Source: the human T2T-CHM13v2.0 reference genome, Homo sapiens | Reading direction: 5' to 3' (one strand) | NCBI RefSeq assembly: GCF_009914755.1 | Contig: NC_060931.1 | Length of the DNA: 64,000 nt | Part shown: in pieces, positions 1 through 13,911 of the stretch | How the letters are laid out: each line of letters begins with the position of its first letter | Numbering within the stretch: position 1 is the stretch's first letter | The notes under the pieces: generated by a model | Databases searched by the model: none | What the model was told of the DNA's origin: nothing | The model's input: the letters and a program-made list of their open reading frames with translations, nothing else | Made by a program: the position numbers and the translations under genes

Positions 1-487
1 TAAACTCTGTCTTCTTTTTAAAGTCACAGAGACAAGGACCATACACAGGGTAATTGATACCTTTTACTTCTGCCTGTGTGAGCCTGCCACAACTGTTCAG
101 GACAGGGAAGTTATGAAAAGTATGAAAAGAAAAGATGTACTTTGAAACTCCATGATATTGTTAGCAATGCAAGAATGGCTAGGATCTTAATATCCTTGAA
201 AAACTAAATAGAAGACTCTTCATGCCTAGCTCTGTGAATTAGTAAAATTTAGTTAATACATCAAAATTAAATGTTACTATTTAAAAACCTAAATAAGATT
301 AACTAAATGCTTCCTCTTTCTCAATTTAGTTGGTTGATTCGTTCCTGGGTGTATCTAGGTGAATTCCTCTATTGACTAATTTCCCGATTTCTGTGTGTAA
401 TGAATTAGATTCTTCCCAGTTCTGCAGGTACAAGACTATCTCCTTTGTAGCAGAGTGAACTTGAGTCACAACCCGAAGTCATCCTGG

Positions 488-1127
488 TGAAGCGGCTTCA
501 TTTGTCTGGGGTAATACCCGAGGTTAGTTGTCTCATGCCAAGGAAATCGAGGATGTGGACACACAAGGAGTGGGTTTAAGGGCAGAAGTTTAATAGGCGA
601 AAGAAAGAAGAGAGCTTTCTTGTGCAAAGGAAGGAGTCCTGAACAGGTTTCTGGGTTCTCAGTGAGATGCGGTGTGTTTTATAGATGAGCTTAGGGAGGT
701 GGTCTCTGATTTATATAGGGCCCAAAGACTGGTTGGACCAGGTGTATCATATACATAGCCTGCAAAGAAGCTGGACATATTCCACCCTAATTTTTTATTA
801 CGCAGATGGAGTCTCTACCTGGCTGGCGGCATGTTGCCTGCTTTTTTACTGCACACACGTGGCAACAAAGAAAAGGGAAGAGGGAACCTCCATGTTGAAT
901 ACACCTGGCCCCCAGGTAGTCTTTTCCTATTGGCACAGCTGCTGGCATTTACCTATGCAAGCTTCCAGCTTGCTTATCTATGTCTGTAGCTCAATTTTAC
1001 AAGCTGGTCTTTGTTAGAAAAGAAATGATTTGGGGGCTGCTTTTTGTTAAAAGATAATTCCACTGAGAACTCTCTTACCCTTACTAAATACCTAAATAAT
1101 TTTTGTTTTTTTTTAGCTCCTGTATCA
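488..1127 (-). mobile_element. Solo ERV1 LTR, LTR9 family (LTR9B-like)
   Basis: TG...CA termini, 4-bp TSD CTGG (484-487 / 1128-1131). Minus strand begins TGATACAGGAGCTA...AAGCAGCCCCCAAATCATTTC, like the LTR9 consensus as I recall it. Confidence 0.8.
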
Positions 1128-1913
1128 CTGGTTACTGGCCCGTGTGGTTAGGTTTAAATGGCAGGGTTACAGAAAATCTCCAGAAGGGCCAGTAGCTATT
1201 AAGGGATTATGTCTGCTTTTTGAGTACTGTGCTTACAATTTGAGCTGTTAATGACTAATGTTTCTCAGAAATTGTTGCAATAAGCAATTTTATTAATCAT
1301 TTTATTAACTGAATTGTAGAAATATACATATGCATATAAATAATACAATCTTTTGCATAAGTTCACTTGTGGATGCCAGCTGTCACAGAACTGAGAACTC
1401 TAAAGAAAACAGTTTAACAGTTACCAAATGTCTTGCATTGCATTAAAAATTCTGCAGATAAGATTCTAAATTATCAAATATCTATAACACTTTTAGAAAG
1501 CAACAAGGCAATATATAGCAAATGTGGGTTCATATTCTTTGACTCAGTAATTCAACTTCTGGGAATTCTTTAAAGGATATAATCCAAAAGAAGGAAAAGG
1601 AGTGTGTACCTATATTTTCATAGCAAGGCTGTTTGTAACAGAAAAGAAAGGAGATAAATTTCTCATGAAAGATAGATGCTTAAATCAATTGTTAAAAATG
1701 CAAGGGGTGATTATAGTTTTAAAGTGACTCTTATTATTTCTATTTATAGATACATAAAATGCCTGTGATTTGATATTAACTGAACATGCAAAAATGTGTG
1801 TCTCATATGATTGAAACTATATAAGGATATTTATTTATATGAGCAAAGAACGAAATGTTACTAAAAAGTGTGGTGGTGATCAAATTGTAGAAGATTTTTG
1901 AAATATTAAATTC

Positions 1914-2214
1914 TTTTTTATCTGTTTCTTTTTTTGAGACAGAGTGTCGCTCTGTTGCCCAGGCTGGGGTGCAATGATGTGATCTTGGCTAACTGCAATC
2001 TCTGCCTCCGGAGTTCAAGGGATTCTCATGCCTCAGCCTCCCAAACAGCTGGGATCTCAGGCACCTGCCACCATGCCCAGCTAATTTTTGTATTTTTAGT
2101 AGAGACGGGGTTTCACCATGTTGGCCAGGCTAGTCTCGAACTCCTGACCTCAAGTGATCCACCTCCTTGGTCTCCAAAGTGCTGGGATTACAGGCATCAG
2201 CCACTGTGACCAGC
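1914..2214 (-). mobile_element. Alu (AluS-like)
   Basis: T-rich tail then GAGACAGAGTGTCGCTCTGTTGCCCAGGCTGG...GGGATTACAGGC; both monomers present. Confidence 0.95.
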
Positions 2215-2509
2215 TTATTGTTTAATCATTATTTTAACAGTAAAAGATATTAAGGTATCTTTAAATTGCAAAACCACAGAAATTTTGTCAAATATTTGTA
2301 ATCTTAAACCAAACTGATTCTTCATGTATTTTCAAAATGTCAAAAAAAGTACCTTAAAACAATCAATTACATCACTAAGTATACTGTTTAGTTCAGCTTT
2401 TTTTTCTTTTTTTTTTTTTTTGGCGAGATTTTCTTGCCAAAAGAGCAGTACTTTGATTTATATGCTGGCACAAATCCCTTCCCTTGTTGTGGACAACCTG
2501 TTGCAGGCA

Positions 2510-2710
2510 ATGCTCTGAACAGCCCTGCCCTGCCACACTCACCTTTCTGTTTCTCAAACATGCCAGGCTGGTTTCTGTCTCCGGGTTTTGCACTTACCAT
2601 TTCTTCTGCCTGGAATGCTCATACTCTGGATTGTCCTGAGTCCTTCTCAATGTTTAGGTCTCAGAATATTATCATTTAAAAGGGATCTTCCATTAACCTA
2701 CCTTAGTCAA
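2510..2710 (+). mobile_element. L2 fragment
   Basis: TTCTGCCTGGAATGCTC and related L2 3'-region motifs; boundaries approximate. Confidence 0.6.
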
Positions 2711-4081
2711 GGTTGTGGCATAAAATTTCTTTTTTCTTTTCCTGGAACTCTTCAGCAAGATCTCCAACTTTGGTTATGCACTGGGAGGTGGATTTATGGG
2801 TAATTCTTTGGATATTACAATGATATGTTCAGAGCATATTTCAGGTGGAACCAGAGCAAACCACTGACAGTTACCAATATGTGGGAAGAGACCAGCATCT
2901 TATGTTTGAAATAGGAAGATTCCAAAGATCTCACAAAAGATCTGGGAAAGCTCCCCACTTAGGTAGGACACAGGATGGAAGATCAGGTAGAGGAAACAGG
3001 ATGAGACATGTGACTTCAGAGGCCTCTTTATTTTCTAGTCCCAAAGAATGACATGCATTCTCATCCCTCTCATTCCCAAGTGGCCATATATACCTTTGTT
3101 ATCCATGTCTCAAGAAGTCCCAGATGAAGTGATGGTGGTGGTGGGAATTTTGCAAGGGCAATACTCCTGTCATGTAAAAAGCAAAGTCACTGTTTTAAGT
3201 AAATTTATTCTTGATATGTCTTTCCTTTCAGCACTGAACCAAATCCTAGTACATTCTTTGTGATGTGGAGAGGCTGCTGCCCTGGGATTGCCTGGGCACC
3301 ATCTTTCCTGGCACCCACCCTCTATACCAGCCTTTCTTCTCCTCCTCAGTCACCAGGAAACTGACTTCTTTTGCAAAGCAGCAGTGATGAAAACTTTCCA
3401 AGTTTCAGCGGGTAGAAGATATCCAGTTTTGACCCTCAAAGTAAACAGAGCCTCAGAAATTCCATGGAGTAGGCAGGGACCAGGAGCAGAGCTCTTCAAA
3501 CTTTTTGAATTCACAACACTCTTACTTTAAGTTTTCTGGTTAACTAAATATATAGTAGTACAGCAAAAATTAATATTGGTACAGAACCAATAAGCCAGAT
3601 ATTCAGAAAGAGTCTGAAAAAGCAGTAATTAAACATTGAGAATAGGAGTTGTGGGACACATAGTAAAATCTTCCTCTCTACTTATTATGGTCCTCGTGTA
3701 GGCCAAAACATGATAAACTGAGTGGATATTTCATCTGTCAGTGCAATTTGCTTTCTGGAGTGGTTCTTGGTTATACTTGAGTATAAATATACTGCCACAG
3801 GATGAAGATGATCATATAATTTGGAAACAGAAGAAGAGAAAGAAATTGCTTCCGAAATACCTTCATAGAATCTTAAAATCAGTAGAGCCACAAAGTCACC
3901 TAAGCTTAATATTTCTTCCAAATGTCCCGAGGAACTAACATATGTTTCAGAAGACTCTTTCAGCATCATGAAAATATATTTAGAAAGACTCTAATTTTTG
4001 CCTCTAATATGTTGACTGGTTTGACAAGTATGATTAAAATTCTTCAAAATTCAAATTTCATAGGTAGGTTTCTTTTTTCTC

Positions 4082-4192
4082 GCCCTCCCTCCCTCCTTCC
4101 CTCCCTCTCTCTCTCTCTCTGTCTCCCTTCCTTCCTTCCCTCCCTCCCTCCTCCTTCTTTCCTTCCTTCCCTCCCTCCCTTCCTTCCTTCTC
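4082..4192. repeat. (CCTT/CCCT/CT)n pyrimidine microsatellite
   Basis: Directly visible. Confidence 0.95.
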
Positions 4193-4249
4193 CTAGAAAT
4201 ATCCCTTAAATCGATTTATTTTACAAAGTTTTTGCCCCAAGATAGTCTA

Positions 4250-4490
4250 GCAGTTAGGAACAGGGACTCTAGACTCATGTGGCCAGGGTTGAAATCTCAA
4301 CTGTCATTTACCCACTCTGGGACCTGGGCAGGTTACTTAATGTGTCTCAGCCTCAGTGTTTTATTTGTAAAAAGAGGGTAAAAATAGTACATATCTCATT
4401 GGTTTTCATGAAGACTAAATGAGTTAATCAATGTAAAACTCTTAGAACAGTCTCTGGTGATGGTCAATGTTTGAAAAGTGTTTGCTATTG
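4250..4490 (+). mobile_element. MIR
   Basis: GGACCTGGGCAGGTTACTTAATGTGTCTCAGCCTCAGTGTTTTATTTGTAAAA core. Confidence 0.8.
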
Positions 4491-4685
4491 TGATTTTAAA
4501 CCTAGGGGATCAAAGCATTAGCTTAGGTATTTTTGGTAAAACATTTAGCTGAATTGGATAAATATTCTTAAATGAGTTAATATTAATTTCACTGTAAGCA
4601 GGTCCAAGACTTAAACATGCAAATGTTGTTTGTAGTATGTTGTACTGATCAGTTTTCCCAGTACTTCAACAAAAGAAACTCTAGC

Positions 4686-4868
4686 GCAGTAATTCTAAAA
4701 TTTGAATGTGCTTCAGAATTATCTGTAGGACTTAAGACGCAGGCTGTTGGGCCTCACTCCAGAGTTTGTATTTCTGTAGCTCTAAAGGGAACTTAGAACT
4801 TTCTTCTCCAGCAAGCCATCAGGTGCTACCCATGCTGCTGGCCCTCATACCACACTTTGAGAACCACT
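4686..4868. mobile_element. MER5A-like hAT MITE
   Basis: CAGTAATTCT ... CACACTTTGAGAACCACT terminal inverted repeats. Confidence 0.75.
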
Positions 4869-5270
4869 CACTGCTTTACAGGATTGAGGAGGTCATGGTA
4901 ATTGTATAGAGGAAAAATCCTCCTCTTTTCTTTTCTTTTTCTGTGAGGAACACAGCCTTCCTGTGGTTTCTTGGGAACTATAGTATTCTTTATAAACAAC
5001 TTGATCTCTTTAATTGAATTAAAATCTCCATTACTACTTTACTTTGTCTGCAAGTACTTCCCAGACCGCTCATCTCTGGTCTAGAGCATTGGTGTTTTGT
5101 TTGTCTTGTGTTTTGTTTTGCTTTTTAATTTGGTGAGGAACATTAACTTTGCATAAGACAGATCACTTTTTGCTTCCTGGTAGTGGTTACACCAGTTACC
5201 ACAGTGTCATCTTGGGCAAGTTTTCTAATCTATCTTTGGTTCTCTCATCTGCAAAGAGGGTATCATCTTC

Positions 5271-5640
5271 TGAGGCAGGAATATAGGTCTGGAGGCAGGG
5301 AACTTATGGCGGATTCACACTTCAGCTGTGACAGGAAATATCCTCTCCATAGGGCATACGCCAAGTAAATGACTTTGTAACTTTACTTTATCCTCTTCAT
5401 TCACATTGGGCGTACACCACGTAACCAATGGAAACCTCTAGAGGACACTTAAAACCCCAACAATTCCGTAATGCGGACTTTGAGCCCCTGTGCTTAGGGC
5501 CGCTCCCACACTGTGGAGTGTTCTTTCATGTTCAATAAATTTCTGCTTTTGTTGCTTCATTCTTTCCTTGCTGTGTTTGTGCGTTTTATCCAATTCTTTG
5601 TTCAAGATGCCAAGAACCTGGACACCCTCCACTAGTAACA
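5271..5640 (+). mobile_element. Solo ERV1 LTR, MER61 family, inserted into a MIR
   Basis: TGAGGCAGGA...AGTAACA termini, 4-bp TSD CTTC (5267-5270 / 5641-5644), internal AATAAA. MIR sequence continues on both sides (about 5195-5270 and 5645-5745). Confidence 0.85.
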
Positions 5641-6877
5641 CTTCTATTTCACAAGGGTGTTGTGGGAGTTGAATTAAATAATGTAAGGAGAGTCCTTAGT
5701 GTATACTTGGCCCAGAACAATGGCCCAATCAAGTGAGCTATTAGTATTCAGTAAACATAACACAAAGCTGAGAACTGGATTTAAAAAGCAAAGTAATTGA
5801 AAAGTAATAGAAAAATATATAATTTTTTTTTACAAAAAGGAGTTGGGAGTGAGGGGGATTTTAATTTTGATCAGATCATGGAAGCCAAGTCACCAGTTAC
5901 TTCACTTCAGCACTTAATAATATCACACATCAGTTAAAGCCAACTTACTGGATTATTTTGACTTGTTTCAACTTGAGAGACCAGAAAACTTTTGCTGGGG
6001 CTTATCAACATGTTGTTGGAGGAATTTTGCTGTCTTTTTCTTCTCTCTGCCAGTACTCTTTACATATAACTTCTGAGTAGAGGGAGCTAGTCCATTTTGC
6101 ATCCTTTCACATTGTGAATACAATCCTTTCTTTTTCAATTAATTTATTTCCCTGATGCATACATTTTCCAAACCACATTTCAGAAAATCACAATTTAACA
6201 TAATTTGGCAGAATTTGCCATGAGTGGGTAACTCACTTTTGCAAAAATTTAAGCTTCTTTGGAAGAAATTCTCAGATTCACTTTTGCCTGATATCAAGTT
6301 GATTCTTCTCATGCATACATATTTGCCTTTCTCACAGCACCAGATATTAACATAACAAAGTTATCTCTACAAAAGTGGATCTCTGCAGTAGATATATTAA
6401 AATTCTAAACAAATCTTCAAAAACTTCCTTTAATTATAAAACAAAGGAAGCTATTATTGTTGACATTAGTATTGTTGCTAAACAACTTTTAAATTTATTT
6501 TGGGTAGGGGGCACCACATAAGGAAAAGAACTTGGTGAAATATAAACTTTTATGGAGAGAATTTCTTATAAGAACTAACCTTTTACAGAGGCAATCCAAA
6601 GCGTAAATATTCAGTAAAGTGAATTAAACAATAACTTTTGGCCTTGTAGCAAAATATAAGCCCAAAGCATTTTTCTTTTGCTTTTAGCTGAAATATTCAT
6701 AATGTGTGTATAGTTACCAATTTGCAAACACCTGACTTACGAATTACAAACCAAACAGCTAACCTTTTTCAGAGCCCTCAAACTTTTATAACCAGTATTA
6801 TAAAATAACTCAGGAGAGTGATTTTTGGAAGAAAAGTCTAAAAAAGAAAAAAAAAAATCCAACTGGAGACTTTAGAG

Positions 6878-7064
6878 CAGTAGTCCTCAAAGTGTAGCCT
6901 GCCTCAGAATCACCCTCAGGGCTTGTTTAAACACAGATTGGTAATCCCACCCCAGAGATTCTGACTCAGTGGGTCTCAAGTGGGGCCCCAAAATTTGCAT
7001 TTTTACCAAGTTCCCAGGTGATGTTGATGCTGCTGATCTAGGGCTCCCGTATTAAGAACCATTG
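6878..7064. mobile_element. MER5A-like hAT MITE
   Basis: CAGTAGTCCTCAAAG ... AAGAACCATTG ends; TTCTGACTCAGTGGGTCT core. Confidence 0.75.
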
Positions 7065-7084
7065 ATTAAGAGTCTTTGAGGTCA

Positions 7085-7433
<349 letters not shown>

Positions 7434-7724
7434 TTAAAGATAGATGAATTCTATTATTTACCTGTGGAAACCACACAGAAAACAGCAGAAACTACTTGCT
7501 AGAATTGTGATGAGGATCAAATAAGAAATTACATGTAAAGCACTTAGATGTCTAATGAATGGTAGCTTTTACTGATACTGTTACATTGTGGCTCCTCTGT
7601 TTTCAATATCTACTGAAGTATTACTGAGATGTATCTAGGCACTAGGAATATAAAAGTGAATGAAAGCCAGGCTTGCTCCCTGTCCTCATGGACTTTACTG
7701 TTTGATATTGATAAAATAATCAGT

Positions 7725-8123
7725 TGTTAAAAGAAAGACTTTTGACAAATTAAACTTAACAGAGTTTATCTGAGCAATGAACAATTCACAAATCAGACAG
7801 CTGTCAGAACCAGAAGAAGTTCAGAGAACTCTGCTCTGCAATGTAGGCAGGCAGCATTTATAGACAGAAAACAGAAATGAGGTACAGAAACAGCTTGATT
7901 GATTACAGCTCAGTGTTTGCCTTATTTGGATGTGGTCTGATCAGTTGGCAGCCTGTAATTGGCTGAAGCTCAGCTGCTATGATTGGCTGAAGTGCAGCTA
8001 TTTGTTATAAAATATACTCTTAAATTAGGCTTTTGGTTTATTTAGGTACTGAATTGGATTGCATTTGTTATTTAGGGACTCGGTGCAGAGACAGCCTCAG
8101 GCCAAATTTAGTTTAATTTAACA
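7725..8123 (-). mobile_element. Solo ERV1 LTR, MER57-like
   Basis: TGTTAA...TTAACA termini, 4-bp TSD CAGT (7721-7724 / 8124-8127), repeated CCAAT boxes on the minus strand. Confidence 0.75.
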
Positions 8124-8670
8124 CAGTCAAATTAAATAAAATAACAGCTAGAGCAAGTACTAGGAAAACAAGGTACAAAGTGCTATGAGCATATGTAAAA
8201 TGAAACCTGACTGGTATTTTCTGACTGAATTTTTTCACTGTCTGCTTTACTGTATGAAATTTCACCAACTAGAAATTCATTTGATTTGACCATCATCTGT
8301 CCTCAAGGGACAAATAACCTCTGCAAGCTATTTTATATGGTCAGGGACACTGAAAAACCACAATAGACAATATTTTCCCACACTTAGTTTTTCTTTTTAA
8401 ATTGTGGTAAAATACACATAACATAAAATTTACCACTTTAACCATCTTTAAGTGTACAGTTCAGTGGTATTAAGTACATTCATATTGTGCAACCAATCTC
8501 TGGAGCTTTTTTAATCTTGCAAAACCAAAACTCTTATACTCATTAAACTAAAACTTCCCATTCCTCCTCCCCTCAGCTTCTGGGAATCACCATTCTACTT
8601 TGTCTCTATGAATTTGACTACTCTAGATATCTCATATGAGTAGAATCATATTGTATTTGTAATATTGTAA

Positions 8671-9032
<362 letters not shown>

Positions 9033-9529
9033 AATTTCTCTCCTTTTTAAAGGTCACTAGTATTCCATTGTGTGTATAGTATACACCACATTTTGTTTAT
9101 CCATTGATTCATTAATGAACACTTGAGTTGCCTCCTTGTTTTGGCTGTTGTGAATAATGCTTCTATAAACATGAGTGTAGAAATATCTCTTCGAGACCCT
9201 GCTTTCAGTTCTTTTGGTTATATAACCAGAAGTTGAATTGTCAGATCATTTGGTAATTCTGTTTTTAATTTTTTGAGAAATTGCCATATTGTTTGCCACA
9301 TGGCTGCACCATTTTGCATTCCCACCAACAGTATACAAAGGGTCCAGTTTCTCCCATCTTTGCCAACATTTGTTATTTTCTGATTTTTTTGATAGCAGCA
9401 GTCCTAATGAGTATGGGGTTTTGATTTGCATTTCTCTGATGATTAGTAATGTTGAACATCTTTTCATGTGCTTATTGGCCATTTGTAGATCTTCTTTGGA
9501 GAAATATCTATTCAAGTCCTTTGCCTATT

Positions 9530-9841
9530 TTTATTTCATTTTTATTTATTTATTGTTTGAGACAAGTCTCGCTCTGTCGTCAGGCTGCAGTGCAGTGGCA
9601 CAATCTTGGCTCACTGCAACCTCCACCTCCTGGGTTCAAGCGATCGATCCTCCTGCTTCAGCCTCCCAAGTAGCTGGGACTACAGGTGCGTGCCACCACA
9701 CCCAGCTAACTTTTTGTATTTTTGGTAGAGACAGGGTTTCATCATGTTGGCCAGGATGGTCTCAATCTTTTGACTTTGTGATCTGCCTGCCTCGGCCTCC
9801 CAAAGTGCTGGGATTACAGGCATGAGCCATTATGCTCGGCC
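9530..9841 (-). mobile_element. AluS (Sc-like)
   Basis: (TTTA)n tail plus dimer; degenerate TSD CTTTGCC(T/C)ATTT. Confidence 0.9.
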
Positions 9842-11898
9842 TCTTTGCCCATTTTCAAAATCAGGGTTTTTGTTGTTGTTGAGTTGTAGGAGTTCTTTAT
9901 GTATCCTGGATATTATTAACCCTTATCAGAAATATGAATTGCAAATATTTTCTCCCTGCCTTTTTGTTCTGTTCTCTGTGTTTTTTGATGCACAGAAGTT
10001 TTAACATTTTTATGTAGTCCAATTTATCTACTTTTTTCTTTTGTGGACTATGCTTTCAGTATCACATCCAAGTAATCACTGTGAAATCCATTGCTATAAA
10101 GATTTGCTCCTATGTTTTCTTCTGAGAAATTTTTAGTTTTAGCTCTTATGTTTAGGTCTTTGATTGATTTTGAGTTAATTTTTGTATGTGGTATAAAATA
10201 AGTCACTAATATTCTCTTCAGCTATGTCTAATTTCTGTTTAACCGATTCACAGTTTTAACATTTTAACAATTATTATGTTTTTACTAAAAATCTAATCTG
10301 ATTATTTTATGAATCTGACTGGCCATTTTGATATTTTTTCCTTGCTTATTTGTAAATACTTCATTTTTGAATTTAAGAAACATTTCCATATGGTTATATT
10401 TTGTGCGGATAACTTCAATATCTGAGGTCTTTTGGAGAAGGGGTTCTAAATATGCTTTTTTTGTGGTTTCTGTGAACTCTCACTCATAGTGTCTTGCTTT
10501 CTTGCATGTTTGTTGATCTTTGTTTATTAATTCATATTTTATCTAGTCAATTATTCTATTCATTCAGTGAATAGATATTGAATGCATACTCTCTCTAGCC
10601 TTTGTTTGTATGTTGGGCATACAGAAGTAAACAAAGTAGATAAAATCCCCTTCATGGAGTTTACATGAGGGAGAAGCAGAGGGAGAGAGAGAGAATAAAC
10701 AAGATAAGTATGTCAAATATATAATATGTTATATGATGACAAATTTTAAAGATAAATTAAATAAGTGGGATATAAAGTATGAAGTGTTGGGTTATGGGTT
10801 TTTTGTTTGTTTGAAAAGTTGGATAGGATGGCCAAGAAGGCTTCATTTAGATGAATTTTGGGTAGGCGTCTCAAGTGAAGAATCTAGACAGGCAGATATT
10901 TGGGAGAACATTACATGGAGAAAATAGTAGGTGAGAAGACCCTAAGGGCTCTTGAGTTCCAGGTGACAGTGAGGGGCAGAGTGGCTACATTGGTGAGCAA
11001 TGGGGGACAGACTAGGAGATGAGGCCAGAGAGGCATGGAGGACCAGATTATATAGAGTCTTGTAGGTCAAAATAAGGACTTTGGCTTTCATTCTGAATGA
11101 GTTGGGGAGCCACTGGAGTATTTTGTCCAGAGGAATGACCACTTTAGCTTATGTTTTAACAGACTCATTTTGGCTTCTGTGTTGAGAATAGATGACAAGG
11201 AGGTACATGTAGAATCAGTGCACCATCTTGGAACCTATTTCAGTAATACAGACAGGACATGAATTGGCTTGAAGCATGGTAGTGGCAATGGAGATGGTGA
11301 GAAGTTATCACATTTTTCTACATCTATAGTTTTAAATTTTAAGGTGGAACCAACAGGATTTTTAGGATTAGATGGGGAGTGTGAGAGAAAGGGAAAAGTT
11401 CAGAATAACCCCAAATGGGCCTGAGCAACTGGAAGGATGGAATTGCAAGGAACTGAGATGAAGGAGGCTTATGGGCAGAGAGGTTTGTGAAATGAAAAGA
11501 GGAAGTCAAGAGCTCAGTTTTAGACATGTTAATTTTTGATGTGATTAGTCACCCGTTTGGGGATGGCCAGTAGGTGGTTTCATATATGAGTCTGGAGTTC
11601 TGGTAGAGATCTAGAATAGAGATATAAACTTGGGAGTGTTGGCATAGAAATGGTACTTAAAGCAATAAGATTGGATGAGATTACTAAGGAAAAAATATAA
11701 AAGAGAAGAGGTCTAAAGTCTAAGCCCAGGAACTCTCTAAAGCTTAGAAATCAAGAAAATGAGAAGGAACCAGAAAAAGGACCAAGAAAGACCAACCAGG
11801 AAAGTAGGGGAAAAAACCAGACAACTGTGGTGTCCTACAATCCAAGTGAGGCAAGTGAATCAAGGAATGTCAAATGCTGATGACAGGCCAAGTAATAT

Positions 11899-12308
11899 TG
11901 ATAGCAGTGGTATTTGGGTCCCTGAGGTTCCTGGCATCTCCAAGCTTCAGGGTGCCACTGTGTTCCCTGGTGCCAACTGTGGAAGCTGCTTGCGGTGCAC
12001 CTGGTCCAGCTGCAGCCTTGCAGAGAGCTGGCGCCTGTGCTGGCACCTGGAGCTGCCCGCTCCGCTGCAGCAGCTGGCACATATGACTGTGCGGTGGCCA
12101 GACCCCATACTCGCTTACACACCCCCTACCGCTCCACGCAGTCTCCCTTGGCAGGCGTGGGATCCAGGCTGGTACCATGAGTCAAAGGAAACCTGCCAGG
12201 CTGAGTGGACAGAATGAGTCCAGCGGGCCTGAGCAGAACTCGGGCAAAGGTGTCACTGGCCACAGAGGTTTCTGGCCAGAAAAGCAACACCCTAAAAATT
12301 CTGTGACA
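11899..12308 (+). mobile_element. Internally deleted MER52-type ERV1 LTR
   Basis: Begins TGATAGCAGTGG, ends GGCCACAGAGGTTTCTGGCC...CTGTGACA; 4-bp TSD ATAT (11895-11898 / 12309-12312); GC-rich. Confidence 0.75.
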
Positions 12309-12435
12309 ATATGAAGACTAAGAAACATTAAATGGATTTAGTGACATCAAGGATATTTGGGACCTTGGTAAGAGTAGTCTTAGAGGAGTCATGGGGATGA
12401 AAACCTGATCAGAGTGGATTCAAGACAGAATGAGG

Positions 12436-12890
12436 TACACCCATGTTTCTGGCAGCATTATTCATAATAGTCAAAAACTAGAAAGAACGTGAATGTCTAT
12501 CAATGAGTGAATGGCTATGCAAAATGTGGCATATACGTACAATGAAACACTATTCAGCCTTAAAAAGGAAGGAAATTCTGACACATTCTACAACATAGAT
12601 AGAACTTGAGGACATTATCCTAAGTAAAATAAGCCAGTCACAAAATTATAAATATGGTAAGATTCCACTCATATGAGGTACCTCGAGCAGTCAAATTCAT
12701 AGAGATGGAAAGTACAATGTTGGAATGAGGAGTTGTTTAATGGGTGTAAGAGTTTCAGTTTTGCAAGAAGAAAAAGCTCTGGAGATTGGCTGCAAAATAA
12801 TGTGAGTATACTTGACACTACTGAATTGTACACTAAAAAGATGGTACGTTTTATGTTATGTGTATTTATCATAATTAGAAATTTAAAAAG
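12436..12890 (+). mobile_element. L1M (L1MB-like) 3' end
   Basis: CACCCATGTT...GCAGCATTATTCATAATAG...AAATTCTGACACAT...CTGAATTGTACACT. Confidence 0.85.
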
Positions 12891-13895
12891 TTAAAGAAAT
12901 GAGAAACAGAAACTGGAGACAGAAAGTATAGAATCTTTTGAGGAGTTTTTCTGTGAAGGAAAGGTGAAAAATCGAGGTAGAAATAAGGCCAAGAGTGTTT
13001 TGTTCTTGTGAACCTAGGTTGTCTGTTCATATTTATGAAGAATTATGTTTATTAATCTAAGAATGCTTGCATAGATTCCTTCTTTTTTAGTGGGAAAATT
13101 GAAGAGAGCAGGGTGTGCATATGAATAGGTCTGAGTTAGGAATGTCCAGGTGAGAGATGGGCCGATGAATTTTTGCATTTAAATAAATGGAGTAATAATA
13201 TTATCTACACCTGGGGTAGTGGTGATTATTAAAAAGTGCATGAAAAGTATTTTCTTGAGCAGTTAGTGCTGAATAAGTGGTAGGTACAATTATTATTTGT
13301 TTTTCTTCATTATCTGTTACTTGGAAAAGGCAAAAGTTAAATCTTTACTTTTAAATGTGTGAATTAGGAGACAATGTTAGCTATTTTATTAGAGTGACTT
13401 ATATGATTAAACAGATTTAGTGGAGATTCCTTTGTCCATATCCCTTATACTTTTCTATTTGATTCCTGGATCTTTTATGAGGGAGTTATAATAAACAGGA
13501 ATTTCCCCCTTCAAATTTGATTTGGTTGTGTTTTGCTATATAGGAAAAAATAAAACAGACTATGTTTGTAAAGCAATGGTTGCTTGTGAGCTAGAAAAAA
13601 AAAAAAAAACTCCATCTGAAAAGAAAAATGTATAAATTTTCCTGATCCTTTACCATAGAGAAAAACAAAAAACAAAAAACACAATTTGCTTCGACCTTTT
13701 TGAAAGACCCTAGTTATCTAGGCTCCAAGAAAAAGGCATGCTCAATTTTGTGAATCACCATTTTATGTGAACAAATTGAAGTCTTTATAGCATTCTTAAT
13801 TTGGTTTCTGAAAGACATTTAGATAATTGGGCAATTTACAAAAGAGTATGTTCTATTTGGGGCGAAACCTGCTTTTCCTTTGGGTTGCAGATTCT

Positions 13896-13911
13896 CTGCC
13901 CCCTTGTGGCC
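13896..13911 (-). promoter_or_regulatory. Candidate CTCF site
   Basis: Minus strand GGCCACAAGGGGGCAG matches the CTCF core consensus; lies in a non-repeat stretch that retains CpGs. Confidence 0.6.

Larger units (their letters stand above)
10555..12990 (-). mobile_element. Long L2 remnant interrupted by a MER52-type LTR and an L1M
   Basis: L2 motifs (TTCATTCAG, GGAGCCACTGGAG, GAGCTCAGTTTTAGACATGTTAA, GGAGTTCTGG) that resume after each nested insert. Confidence 0.75.

Noticed and set aside
3650-3970. Possible coding exon(s) in unique sequence
   Set aside because: No recognisable protein similarity and no convincing acceptor/donor pair.
5271-5640. p53 response element in the MER61 LTR
   Set aside because: Some MER61 subfamilies carry p53 sites, but here the half-sites read GGGCATACGC and GGGCGTACAC, which do not fit RRRCWWGYYY.
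7920-7929. CArG box CCTTATTTGG (also near 23655)
   Set aside because: Both lie inside LTRs and appear to be consensus-derived; no independent support.
9289-9825. 178-aa ORF
   Set aside because: Antisense L1 read into an Alu; a typical repeat-derived ORF.
11759-12217. Cluster of overlapping ORFs (up to 152 aa)
   Set aside because: Caused by the GC-rich, stop-poor MER52-type LTR.
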